Shown: positions 26,790 through 35,993, numbered from the stretch's first letter. The stretch: DNA of 64,000 nt from a virus (IMGVR_UViG_2140918008_000001:3491-67490); one strand, 5' to 3'. Translations and numbers: made by a program. Notes: generated from the letters alone by a model not told the origin.

Positions 26790-27286
26790 TCTATTTTATC
26801 CTCATATTCTTTATCTCTATTGATCCACTCTTCAGGAAAATTGAGCCAAGCAAACTCCCCAAATAACTCTACGGCCCTCTTGTCGTAAACATGAGCAGCC
26901 TCTTCAGATGTTTTGAAACTTCCTAAATGCATTTCCTTAAAAAATAATTTTATTCTGGAAAACCACACATGATCTCTCATGCAATAAGTAATTCCTTTAA
27001 ATCCAGAGGTATTATTTTTAGAAAGAGGCCGATTTCGCTGATTTTCAGATTTATTACATAATCTTAAATTACTTCTGCAATTGTTAAAAGTATTTCTATC
27101 AATATGATCTACTTGTTTTCCTTCTGGAGTAGTCAAAACAAGATGATGTAAGTAAATATCTTCTCCTTTAGAAGTTCGTAAAGCATATCCGCCTTTACCA
27201 CAACGCCATTTCCACTGATTCAAATACTCAAACATATCGTCATCAACTAGAGTAACTTTTCCTTGTGTCAAAGGTATTTCTTTCAT
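26786..27286 (-). CDS. HNH endonuclease with C-terminal AP2 domain
   Basis: KEIPLTQGKVTLVDD, VDHIDRNTFNNCRSNLR, NNTSGFKG, AAHVYDKRAVELFGEFAWLNFP; ATG 27286 after AAGGA. Confidence 0.9.
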   Translation of the reverse strand: MKEIPLTQGKVTLVDDDMFEYLNQWKWRCGKGGYALRTSKGEDIYLHHLVLTTPEGKQVDHIDRNTFNNCRSNLRLCNKSENQRNRPLSKNNTSGFKGITYCMRDHVWFSRIKLFFKEMHLGSFKTSEEAAHVYDKRAVELFGEFAWLNFPEEWINRDKEYEDKIE

Positions 27287-27418
27287 TTTTCCTTTTAACA
27301 AAGACCTGCTATCTACCTTTTCCAGTTCTTGCTGATGGAACAGGGCGTATGTAGATAGCAGGTCTTTGTTGGAAAATAAAAACGCCTCACATCCCATCAG
27401 CAATCCTATTATACCACA
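27287..27418 (-). promoter_or_regulatory. extended -10 promoter plus structured HNH leader, copy 3
   Basis: TGTGGTATAAT 27418-408; A 27403-392/27340-329, B 27386-83/27347-44, C 27370-51/27316-297 (20 bp perfect). Confidence 0.75.
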
Positions 27419-27421
27419 TTT

Positions 27422-28186
27422 TCACACTTTCCACTCAATCCCTCCATAGGAATAATTCAGATATTCATAGACCTCTGGAGGCTTCATATGGTACTTTTCC
27501 CATACCCGCGTATTCATCTCCTCAGCAGCTTCTAAGTTATATGCCTCTCTACTTACATCTCTCCTACCCATAGCCCACCCTATTGATTCTGTTCTATGAC
27601 ACTGGCAACTATCTAAAATATATATTTCTTTTCCCATTTTTCTAGCTTGATAAGACCAATCCAACCCAACTGCCCACCCCTTAAGATACCGCCGGTCAAC
27701 TCCTCCAACTTCATCATAAAAATCTGTGCGTACCATTATTGACACATTGTCAACTGCATAAGTTCTTCTTGGTACATTTCCTCTAACTTTAAGATTAGGC
27801 CAGGCTGTATTTGATTCCTGATCCATTCCCTGATGACATATAACACAATTAGGATTTTGATCCATAAATGTTACCATCTGTGTAAGCGGATCATTTTTAG
27901 TCACTAAACTACAACAGGTGACAAGAAACCAAAAATAATCAAACTTAAAATTATCAATGATTTCTATCCCTTTCAAATACTCAACCGCCATTCGTTGTGC
28001 AGGAGCCAAATAAACATTCCTGGCTATCTTAATCTCTGCTGGACGATAATCTCTATATCCATTATCAATTTCTACAATCATGTGGGGAGTTATAGAAGTT
28101 TCAATAACTCTCCTAAGATTGTCCATAAGTTCAGGAGTTCGATAATTGGCACAAATAATTGCTACACGTGGGGTCATTTCATCCAC
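27422..28186 (-). CDS. glycosyltransferase family 2-like
   Basis: VAIICANY, EIDNG, VGGVD..YLKGWAVGLDW. Confidence 0.75.
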   Translation of the reverse strand: MDEMTPRVAIICANYRTPELMDNLRRVIETSITPHMIVEIDNGYRDYRPAEIKIARNVYLAPAQRMAVEYLKGIEIIDNFKFDYFWFLVTCCSLVTKNDPLTQMVTFMDQNPNCVICHQGMDQESNTAWPNLKVRGNVPRRTYAVDNVSIMVRTDFYDEVGGVDRRYLKGWAVGLDWSYQARKMGKEIYILDSCQCHRTESIGWAMGRRDVSREAYNLEAAEEMNTRVWEKYHMKPPEVYEYLNYSYGGIEWKV

Positions 28187-28878
28187 TCCAAAAGTGGAAC
28201 ATGTGGGCCACCCATTTGTAAGATCGGAACAATTCCTGTCATTCGATTACTGTCTTTGTAGAAACGATACTTTTTCTCAGCAATTTCTTCTGTTGGACAA
28301 AAATCATGGAGCAGAGCATAAGGTTCCCAAATTCGATACCGCCTATTAGGAGGGGGGACATTTTGCTGGATCACACCCCAATCCTCGTTCTCATCCCATG
28401 TAAGACCACAAGAGTATTTCCAAGCATAAAGGAAAGGGCCAGGCAAATTCATGGCAGGAAAATATTCTTTACTGCCCCACATATAAATATGAAATGCCTC
28501 AATTGCTAATGCATTTGCTTGTTCTGCTTGTTCAAATATTTTTCTGAAATCTTTTACCATTGCCTCAGTAGGATAAGAGTCTGCATCCTGCCACAAGCAC
28601 CACGTATCCTCATCTGCTCCTTCTTCTCTTGCCCAAGCATTGATAAATCGGAAGTGCTTTCCTTCGGGCTGACGCCATATCCCATTCTCGCCATGTACAA
28701 CTTGCATAAACGGCTTAAAATAAGTATTGGAAAATGTTTTGGCAATATCAATTGTCTTATCTTCGGAATACCCATCAGAAATCAGTATCTTGTCGACATT
28801 TTTTGGAGGATAGTGCTCGCAAAATCGGGTAATATTCCTCTCTTCATTTCTAGTTCTTAAGAGTACAAATATCTTCAT
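28174..28878 (-). CDS. glycosyltransferase family 2-like
   Basis: LLRTRNEERNI, ISDGYSEDKT, WQDADS (DxD). Confidence 0.75.
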   Translation of the reverse strand: MKIFVLLRTRNEERNITRFCEHYPPKNVDKILISDGYSEDKTIDIAKTFSNTYFKPFMQVVHGENGIWRQPEGKHFRFINAWAREEGADEDTWCLWQDADSYPTEAMVKDFRKIFEQAEQANALAIEAFHIYMWGSKEYFPAMNLPGPFLYAWKYSCGLTWDENEDWGVIQQNVPPPNRRYRIWEPYALLHDFCPTEEIAEKKYRFYKDSNRMTGIVPILQMGGPHVPLLEWMK

Positions 28879-28880
28879 CC

Positions 28881-29051
28881 TTATACTCCTACACACCGAT
28901 CACACAAAGGGTTCTCTACTGGATCACAGCCATCACATAAATCGGAAAATTCTTCTTTCTTTTGGATTATATAATCAGGAAAGAATTTCTTCATAAACTC
29001 TGTAAAGGTATATTTTTCTTCCCGTAATTTTATTTCAATCTCTGTTTTCAT
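28881..29051 (-). CDS. 56-aa protein with CxxC..CxxC
   Basis: MKTEIEIK...LCDGCDPVENPLCDRCVGV*; below the ORF-track length cutoff. Confidence 0.5.
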   Translation of the reverse strand: MKTEIEIKLREEKYTFTEFMKKFFPDYIIQKKEEFSDLCDGCDPVENPLCDRCVGV

Positions 29052-29060
29052 CTCACCATC

Positions 29061-29369
29061 CTATTTCGTACCGTCTGAATGACGACTAAATGTTGCATGA
29101 CAATGACACACAAATAAAGCACCAGAAGGTGATTGATCCTGAGCATAAGCATTACTTCCTATCACAACCGCCAAACTCCCACAAGTGCATAAGTAGCATG
29201 GCTGTCCCTTCTTTGTACTAGGATTGGCATAAATGAAATGATTGGAGTAACTGGCGCAAGGAATAAATGCTTGCATCTCTGGTACATACAGTTTTTCTTC
29301 TCGATGTACCTTTTTACCATCAAGAGTTGTTGCTTCTTTTGGTGTGTTTATATTTCTAACAATATGCAT
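29061..29369 (-). CDS. hypothetical Cys/His-containing protein
   Basis: ORF in operon. Confidence 0.55.
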   Translation of the reverse strand: MHIVRNINTPKEATTLDGKKVHREEKLYVPEMQAFIPCASYSNHFIYANPSTKKGQPCYLCTCGSLAVVIGSNAYAQDQSPSGALFVCHCHATFSRHSDGTK

Positions 29370-30295
29370 TAGAGTAATCCTGTATCTTTGAGAACCATCT
29401 CAACTCGATCTTCGTATGAATGTTTGGCCTCTGTTACTGTCTGATAAGCATGTTCAGCCATTTCTAATCGTTCTTTATCATGATTTAAAAGATAATCAAT
29501 ATTAAAAAGAGAATCATCCAAACTCTTAAAAGCAAAATAATCATCTCCTGTTTTGAAAAATAAATTGGCGTCAGGAACCCAAGAAGCAACCATTGGCACT
29601 TTCATTGCTGGTAATTCAAAGTGCCTCGCATTGAGATCATTCATAGTAGACCAGTTTAATCCAATCTTACTCCTTGTAAATATCTCTCGATACTCATTGA
29701 ATACGGGGCCGACTTCATAGTAAACCCGTAATCCTTTTGAACGAAGCCTTTGAATCTGTTCATTTCTATGCTGATATGGTGCTCCAATACAACAAACATC
29801 GAATTCATATTCATCATGCTGTACAGGATAGTGCCATTTCTTTGAATAAGCGTATGGCAAATATGTGTCTCCAGGAGCCAAATAACATTTCTGCATATTG
29901 TAAAATATATCACATTTTGTCCTACGATCAGCATAATTTAACACGTGAGGATCAGTCCCAATATAAATCACCTTACCGTCTTTCGGTTTCCTATTCCAAT
30001 AAAACCCTGCATCTACCCCGAACCACAAATCAGGCTTCCAAGGCAGTTTTGATTCTAATATCGTTGGATCAGCACTTCTTTGTGCTAAATCAATATTCAT
30101 TGGAAAATCAGGTACTTTTACATAACGTTGGGGTAAATTCATTCCCCCTAACCAGGGTATCCATGTTCCGCTAAACGGGCCTACTGTATATAGTTCTACA
30201 TCATCTCTTGCTTCTAATGCAGCAAGAAAATATGATCCCATTGTTAATGGGTAGAATATCTGTGTGAATACAATTTTTATCTTATCTTTTGGCAT
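29369..30295 (-). CDS. glycosyltransferase, CgeB/Glyco_trans_1_2-like
   Basis: YLPYAYS, FDVCCIG, SKIGLNWS..LNARHFE, GDDYFAF, HSYEDR. Confidence 0.8.
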   Translation of the reverse strand: MPKDKIKIVFTQIFYPLTMGSYFLAALEARDDVELYTVGPFSGTWIPWLGGMNLPQRYVKVPDFPMNIDLAQRSADPTILESKLPWKPDLWFGVDAGFYWNRKPKDGKVIYIGTDPHVLNYADRRTKCDIFYNMQKCYLAPGDTYLPYAYSKKWHYPVQHDEYEFDVCCIGAPYQHRNEQIQRLRSKGLRVYYEVGPVFNEYREIFTRSKIGLNWSTMNDLNARHFELPAMKVPMVASWVPDANLFFKTGDDYFAFKSLDDSLFNIDYLLNHDKERLEMAEHAYQTVTEAKHSYEDRVEMVLKDTGLL

Positions 30296-30440
30296 AATAT
30301 TTCTCCATTATATCTGGTATCTGATCTCCCCATTTTTCAATAAATAACTGTTGATTATGCTTCGTTAATGCCATTCGTGTCTCATCCATCTTCATTGTCT
30401 GTCCTACTAAATGTTGCAATTCGCTAGTATCGTTTATCAT
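30282..30440 (-). CDS. 52-aa peptide duplicating the C-terminus of GT2 32248-32973
   Basis: LQHLVGQTMKMDETRMALTKHNQQLFIEKW vs LQHLVGQTMKMDDKRMELTKHNQEIFIQKW; own GAGGAG RBS. Confidence 0.7.
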   Translation of the reverse strand: MINDTSELQHLVGQTMKMDETRMALTKHNQQLFIEKWGDQIPDIMEKYYAKR

Positions 30441-30452
30441 TTCTTCTCCTCT

Positions 30453-30653
30453 CTAATAAGGCCACCACCGAATATTACATTCCCAATATTCACTTGAATG
30501 CTCCTCATCTGGGCTATATTTTTCTGGAATGATAAAGAAAGATTCATAACCTTTAGTAAGTTCGCCATCATCATCATCTTGTAGTTCGCATTCAATATCA
30601 CCATAGGTATTCTTGATATTCTCAAGTTCTTTAATTACATCACTGATTTTCAT
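30453..30653 (-). CDS. hypothetical protein
   Basis: AAGGAG RBS. Confidence 0.55.
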   Translation of the reverse strand: MKISDVIKELENIKNTYGDIECELQDDDDGELTKGYESFFIIPEKYSPDEEHSSEYWECNIRWWPY

Positions 30654-30954
30654 TTTTTCTCCTTATCACAGTATCAGAATATCCATCAAAAAACTCTTTT
30701 TGTAAAAGCTGTACATAATTAACATTTGCTGTCTCAATTGCATCTGTAAGAGGAGATCGTTCAAAAGTAAACTCATCTTCTACTGTAATAGTAATCATCT
30801 TTTCAATCAAATATATAGACTGCTTAATTCCTGCAACAAACCATTCATGCTGTTCTGGTGTTAGCATATTGGGATTATCCTTACACCACTGAATTTCTGC
30901 TTTTAATACAGAAACGGCTTTCTTTAATCCTTGTATTTCCTTTTTATTTTTCAT
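30640..30954 (-). CDS. hypothetical protein sharing a domain with the C-terminus of 31266-32024
   Basis: EIQWCKDNP..EWFVAGIKQS vs EIQWYYHNP..HMFVKGLQQA. Confidence 0.6.
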   Translation of the reverse strand: MKNKKEIQGLKKAVSVLKAEIQWCKDNPNMLTPEQHEWFVAGIKQSIYLIEKMITITVEDEFTFERSPLTDAIETANVNYVQLLQKEFFDGYSDTVIRRKNENQ

Positions 30955-30973
30955 ATTATCTTATCCATCATTT

Positions 30974-31276
30974 TCAATCCCATTCTAAAGAATTTATCCA
31001 ATATTCCGCAGATTCGTATGCATCTGTAAAAAGTCTATCTAATAAATCAGTAAAATCAGTTCCACCAACTTCTTGTTATCCCACATCATGTGAATAATCC
31101 AAGATATTATCAGAAATATATTCGGCCATTGCCTCTTTATCATTAATAATATAAGAATCTTCCCTATTTTTTTGTGCAAACACGAGAAGATCAATGGGAA
31201 TTTTAATGATAATATTCTTACCAGAAACTTTTGTATTCATTAATTCCGATTTGTCTATGTTTATCTTATTTGGCAT
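30974..31276 (-). pseudogene. hypothetical gene with premature in-frame TAA (31076-78)
   Basis: Frame continues SHDVG*QEVGGTDFTDLLDRLFTDAYESAEYWINSLEWD* up to the next RBS. Confidence 0.55.
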
Positions 31277-32024
31277 TATGGTTTACCTTAACTCTTGCCA
31301 TTTCGACAAGAAATTGCCTTGCCTGTTGAAGTCCCTTAACAAACATATGCTTCTCGTGATCAGTGACTAGTTCTGGATTATGGTAATACCACTGAATTTC
31401 TTCGTCTATAATTCGAACCGCCACGTTATAAGAAATGGTAAGATCATTATCAGGGACTTCATCCGCTTCGTGCGCCTTAACTCTCAATCGGGCATTATCA
31501 TTCGTCAGCCTCGCCAATTCGTATTTAAAATTCATGATCTTATAATTCAAGTCGCGAACGGTATTCCGCGCCTCGTTCAGGTTTTCCATCTCGGCTTTTA
31601 GCTGTGCTTTCAGATCATTTGCGTAATCTATGGCGGCGGGAGGCCATTGCTCCATTTCGCCAATCGAGGCTTTCAGCGAGTTGATTTCTTTGAGCAACGC
31701 CGTTTCCCTGACTTCGTACTGGCTCTTAAACTCCATATCAGTTTCTATAAGTTTGTCAAACGATTGTTTCCAGGTACGAGCATCTGCTTCTGCTAGAGAC
31801 AATTTGTGTTTTATCGCAACAACCGCAGCGTCTGGTATGTACGCCTGCGCAGCTAAATATTCACTAAACCTAGCGTAATGATCTTCTAATGGGCGGTTAT
31901 TCCATTCGTTGATGAGTATCGATCTGGCGTGCATAAAACATTCTGCATTGGAACAAATGCAACTGATTTTATTTTGTTCGTACGGCAACGAACCGCAAAA
32001 TGGGCATAACTTTAGTGGGGTCAT
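31266..32024 (-). CDS. Lar-like zinc finger plus coiled-coil protein
   Basis: LKLCPFCGS..CSNAEC..EWNNR, then heptad-rich region. Confidence 0.6.
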   Translation of the reverse strand: MTPLKLCPFCGSLPYEQNKISCICSNAECFMHARSILINEWNNRPLEDHYARFSEYLAAQAYIPDAAVVAIKHKLSLAEADARTWKQSFDKLIETDMEFKSQYEVRETALLKEINSLKASIGEMEQWPPAAIDYANDLKAQLKAEMENLNEARNTVRDLNYKIMNFKYELARLTNDNARLRVKAHEADEVPDNDLTISYNVAVRIIDEEIQWYYHNPELVTDHEKHMFVKGLQQARQFLVEMARVKVNHNAK

Positions 32025-32251
32025 CTCTCCTCGCTTTCTGGCTGTGGTATTACTTTATAGATAACCGTCCGTTCGACCCCCAAATATTCACACACTTTTT
32101 CCCCAGGCTCGCGTCTACCTGTCAAAATATCATGTAGATATTGGGGCGAAATCCCGATATCTTTTGCAAGGTCTTTCTGGGAACCCATTCCGTAAGTCAG
32201 CGCTTGCAAATTCGAAACAAGATCGATAAGCGTCATAAATTGATCGTTCAT
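32021..32251 (-). CDS. Cro/C1-type helix-turn-helix protein
   Basis: SQKDLAKDIGISPQYLHDILTGRREPG. Confidence 0.85.
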   Translation of the reverse strand: MNDQFMTLIDLVSNLQALTYGMGSQKDLAKDIGISPQYLHDILTGRREPGEKVCEYLGVERTVIYKVIPQPESEER

Positions 32252-32973
32252 TTTATCTTCTCCTTATTATATTTCTCCATTATCTCAGGAAGTTTGTTTG
32301 CCCATTTCTGAATAAATATCTCCTGATTATGTTTTGTCAATTCCATTCGCTTGTCATCCATCTTCATTGTTTGCCCAACTAAATGCTGTAACTGGAATTG
32401 ACACTGTGTCAACTCAATCCCCTTGCTAATGGCTGTCAATGAAATGTCAATATCCTCATACGTTGCTTTTCCGTATCTTGGATCAAACCCACCTAACTCT
32501 TCCCAAATATCTTTTCGACATCCAAAGAAGTATCCGGCAATATACGGCACAATGTATTCTCCAAATTTATTCCAGCCTACATCAGTTGTATAAACTTCGT
32601 TACCAAGTAATCGTCTAGGATTTTCCGCTAATTTGACAAGTGCTTTTGTAACGAAATCTTCATGGATCAGAACATCATTGGAAATGAACAGGAATATATT
32701 TGATTGTGCTAATTCTGCTCCTATATTGTTCGCCCAACCAAATCCACGATTAAACTCGCCATAATAAACTTGAAATCCATGATGTTTAAATATGGTTGAT
32801 TTCCACCAATTCAATCCTCCTATTGTCTCATCACTTGATCCATCTGATACTACAATAACTTCTCCTTCGCTTAGGAAAGGAACTTGCTTATATAGATCAA
32901 ACAGGAAACGATTGGTCAACTGATATTCATTATACACAGGCAAGATAATTGAAAATTTAGGCAAGGGCAACAT
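32248..32973 (-). CDS. glycosyltransferase family 2 (WbbL/rhamnosyltransferase-like)
   Basis: SIILPVYN, VSDGSSD, NRGFGWANNIG, SND, LGGFD..YEDID. Confidence 0.85.
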   Translation of the reverse strand: MLPLPKFSIILPVYNEYQLTNRFLFDLYKQVPFLSEGEVIVVSDGSSDETIGGLNWWKSTIFKHHGFQVYYGEFNRGFGWANNIGAELAQSNIFLFISNDVLIHEDFVTKALVKLAENPRRLLGNEVYTTDVGWNKFGEYIVPYIAGYFFGCRKDIWEELGGFDPRYGKATYEDIDISLTAISKGIELTQCQFQLQHLVGQTMKMDDKRMELTKHNQEIFIQKWANKLPEIMEKYNKEKIK

Positions 32974-33775
32974 GAAAAGCCTCCAATCCTTCATCAAGCG
33001 AATGTAACGGAATGGACAATTTCTTTGCTAAAGTAAGATTAAACCCTGCCTTTGGAGGATATTTCATATTAGCATATAACTCAGGAGGACATCCTGATTT
33101 AATTAAGGATAAATTCTCTGGAACAAACTTTTGAGCAATCCTCAAAGCAAAAGTATGCCTACTAATCCAAGTTGTTCCTGCTAAATTGATCCTATGAACA
33201 AAATCAATTTTACGAGTAATCAAATCCTGTAAAGCTACAACTAAATGGGGAATATAAGTCGGATTTCCGCATAAGTCCGGTATAGAAAAAAACTCTTTAT
33301 CCTGTCCTAAATCTTTAATAACCTGGGTAACAAAATTAGTTGACACTGTGTCATATAAAGAAGTTACTCTTACAATCGTAGATGGACAGTCTGCATATGC
33401 AGATAACATTATCTCGGCCCCCCATTTACTCCATCCATAAGTATTTAGAGGGCAAGGTTTTGCTGTTTCTGAATACGGGCCAGAAGTACCGTCAAAAACC
33501 CAATCAGTAGAAATCTGAATAAGCCATTTTTTGAAAATTTTACGAATGTTTACTGCACCGTGATAATTTATGGCTAACGTTTCTTTTGGATGTTCTTCAC
33601 ACCATCTTGGCTTAGTTTTGGCTGCACAGTTTACAATAACGTCTGGGTTGATATGTTGGATTTCCTCATACAGTTCTTCATATTGGCAAATATCAGAAAT
33701 TATCGGAATTGCCCCCTGTCTTACAAGTTCTGATCCCAACCGCCCATGTGCTCCAGTAACAGCAATTTTTGTCAT
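32957..33775 (-). CDS. rfbD: dTDP-4-dehydrorhamnose reductase-like SDR
   Basis: TGAHGRLG, NCAAKT, ISTDWVFDG, YGWSK (YxxxK), GNPT. Confidence 0.85.
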   Translation of the reverse strand: MTKIAVTGAHGRLGSELVRQGAIPIISDICQYEELYEEIQHINPDVIVNCAAKTKPRWCEEHPKETLAINYHGAVNIRKIFKKWLIQISTDWVFDGTSGPYSETAKPCPLNTYGWSKWGAEIMLSAYADCPSTIVRVTSLYDTVSTNFVTQVIKDLGQDKEFFSIPDLCGNPTYIPHLVVALQDLITRKIDFVHRINLAGTTWISRHTFALRIAQKFVPENLSLIKSGCPPELYANMKYPPKAGFNLTLAKKLSIPLHSLDEGLEAFHVALA

Positions 33776-33835
33776 TTTATTTTATCCTTGTTTTAATAAC
33801 TATTATTTATTACCTTCTCATTGAAACTACTTGTT

Positions 33836-34213
33836 CTATTGAACAGGAGGAGTTACAGAATCTCCTACAACATATCCCAAACCTACATTCTGAACTGGAG
33901 GAATAACCAATGTTTGTACTTCTGGTTTATCAATCTTAGTAGTATTATGAAACGCCGTACCTAAGAAAATTGAAACAAATGTTGCATAAACCAAACCAAA
34001 ATAAGGGGCAATAGCATCTAATGTGACCTGGGGAACATAGGCAACTACTGCAAATCCTGCGACAGTTACCAATAAAGTAATCCCAAAAAACACAAGTTGT
34101 TTAGTTTTGGCTACCATATTTTGATACCAAGATAACTGTTCAAGTACCCAAGATACGACTACTGCACCACCACCTGAATTAGCCAACCAAAGTAAAAAAT
34201 CGTGAAGGGTCAT
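33836..34213 (-). CDS. holin-like membrane protein
   Basis: Three hydrophobic segments, near the endolysin. Confidence 0.55.
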   Translation of the reverse strand: MTLHDFLLWLANSGGGAVVVSWVLEQLSWYQNMVAKTKQLVFFGITLLVTVAGFAVVAYVPQVTLDAIAPYFGLVYATFVSIFLGTAFHNTTKIDKPEVQTLVIPPVQNVGLGYVVGDSVTPPVQ

Positions 34214-34214
34214 C

Positions 34215-34466
34215 TTAATTCTCCTTTTCTTGAACTTCTACATAATCAGGATCAATATCCATTGATTCTAATACTTTGCGTAATCGTTTATTTTCTTTCT
34301 TTAGTTTCTTATTTTTTCTCTCTACTTTGTCAAGTTGTTCCAGAAGAAAATCATTGTCTCCTTCCAATCCACTACATATTTCACAACACTCTTCTTGACT
34401 TTCTCCCTTACCTGCATTATACCAATCATCACAAACATCAATTAATTCAGTTACAGAAATTTTCAT
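34215..34466 (-). CDS. hypothetical coiled-coil protein
   Basis: ATG after AAGGAG. Confidence 0.5.
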   Translation of the reverse strand: MKISVTELIDVCDDWYNAGKGESQEECCEICSGLEGDNDFLLEQLDKVERKNKKLKKENKRLRKVLESMDIDPDYVEVQEKEN

Positions 34467-34480
34467 TATTTTCTCCTTTT

Positions 34481-34735
34481 CTAACGATCTGTTGTATGTG
34501 TCCAAAGTCCAACATCAGAAGCACTTGCAAGCCGTATAATCCGATTGACAGTATTCCCGCAACATCCGCCACGTACATCAAGCATCTGATCCAAGTCCTC
34601 CAAATTAATCCAAGCGAGACTAATGCTACGGTCTACTTTGAAAACATATTGATGCCCACTGGGTAACGTAATAAGTTTTTGGATAGGCATAAAATATACG
34701 ACTGCTGTTTGTCCATTTTCGTTTACTTCAGGCAT
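34481..34735 (-). CDS. small CCG-motif protein
   Basis: RGGCCGN; similar layout to 20465-20692. Confidence 0.55.
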   Translation of the reverse strand: MPEVNENGQTAVVYFMPIQKLITLPSGHQYVFKVDRSISLAWINLEDLDQMLDVRGGCCGNTVNRIIRLASASDVGLWTHTTDR

Positions 34736-34740
34736 CTTCT

Positions 34741-34989
34741 CTATCCTCTTATTTCATCTTTGCCTTCATGCAAAATCATTTTTACATTTTTAACACATCG
34801 GGAAAATTCACACAAATTTCCGATCAGTTCTCCTCGCATCCACTCCTGTTTAATTAAACCTATCCCATCCCCAAATATAGTGAAACGAAAATGCCTGGGA
34901 TCACTCGTGTCTAATGGTATTTTTATTTCCATCCCCAATGCTAAACAAGCAGCTACGAAATAAATATCACTCGTAATAATTTGCTCCAT
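34741..34989 (-). CDS. hypothetical protein (DUF5659-like)
   Basis: TSDIYFVAACLALG..FRFT..WMRGEL pattern. Confidence 0.45.
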   Translation of the reverse strand: MEQIITSDIYFVAACLALGMEIKIPLDTSDPRHFRFTIFGDGIGLIKQEWMRGELIGNLCEFSRCVKNVKMILHEGKDEIRG

Positions 34990-35023
34990 AATATTATTTT
35001 TCCTCTCTACCTCCTATTATACT

Positions 35024-35932
35024 CTATTTTATTTCTATCGCTCTGGATTTATCTACCCAACCCATTGCAACTTTCCACCATCCCGTTGTCTCTCCTAATA
35101 TAATTCCAGTTGAAAGATAGCCTCGCCACCCATTAGGAACATTGTATCCAGTGTTCCAAGAGGGAAGGGATCGAATATATGTTCCAGAGGGAAACTTAGT
35201 TACTCGATATTTGCGCACAGGGGCAGGAGTTGGTTTCGGGCCATTATTGAATAAATGATCGAACCACATACCATCACTTATCTTGGTATAATCTGCATTG
35301 ACTCCTAAAAATTTCATTCCATCTGAATTTGTAAACTGGTATGCCGGAATTACCGGATAACTCGTATACGATAATTGAGGAAGATTATTGAAGTTAGTTG
35401 AGAATTGTGCCCAATTAGTTGCAAGAATGGGAATTTTGCTCCAGAATGTATAACTAGAGAGCCACAACGGAAACTCAAATATCCATTCTTTTACTGTTGG
35501 AAATAATCCTTCTATACACCAGTTGCCAGAATACACCCCAACTGGAACAGATGAATGATCCCTAAGATAATAGCAATATGTTTTATAGTTTGCAGAAGCT
35601 TGGGCATCTGTCATGTTACCAAGTAATTCCAGATCAGGCCACAAATACTTAGGTTTGTATCCATTGGCAAATGCTAATTGTAGTGTTCGTTGTGCCTGAG
35701 CAATTGGATCACTCCAGGGATGAGGAGGATAGTAAAAAGCATAAGGTTTCTGTTGTCTATCACATGCAGCAACTTGTTTAGTTACATCATCTGTCTCTGC
35801 GGTTGAATACGGAGGTAATCCTTGACCTAATCTCCAAATAAATCCATCTGCCCCATTATCACATAATTGGTCAAATTTTGTGCCAAGATCATCTCCAAAA
35901 GCCGCATCAATTATCAAAAAATCGTTTGCCAT
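35024..35932 (-). CDS. GH25 muramidase endolysin with C-terminal SH3-like domain
   Basis: IIDAA, FIWRLGQG, AFYY, WPDLE, GVYSG, LWLSSY, AYQFT; C-terminal GWWKV..GWV. Confidence 0.8.
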   Translation of the reverse strand: MANDFLIIDAAFGDDLGTKFDQLCDNGADGFIWRLGQGLPPYSTAETDDVTKQVAACDRQQKPYAFYYPPHPWSDPIAQAQRTLQLAFANGYKPKYLWPDLELLGNMTDAQASANYKTYCYYLRDHSSVPVGVYSGNWCIEGLFPTVKEWIFEFPLWLSSYTFWSKIPILATNWAQFSTNFNNLPQLSYTSYPVIPAYQFTNSDGMKFLGVNADYTKISDGMWFDHLFNNGPKPTPAPVRKYRVTKFPSGTYIRSLPSWNTGYNVPNGWRGYLSTGIILGETTGWWKVAMGWVDKSRAIEIK

Positions 35933-35965
35933 TCAATCTCCTTTTCTTTTATCTTTATTACATAC

Positions 35966-35993
35966 AGTATACTCGTAATTGACACAATGTCAA
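35966..35993 (-). promoter_or_regulatory. promoter for the lysis cassette overlapping the 15-bp palindrome
   Basis: TTGACA-16nt-TATACT on the minus strand; twin of 2218-2245. Confidence 0.7.

Noticed and set aside
28881-29051. Suspected frameshifted pseudogene
   Set aside because: On re-reading, the frame is intact (56 aa); it is simply below the ORF-track cutoff.
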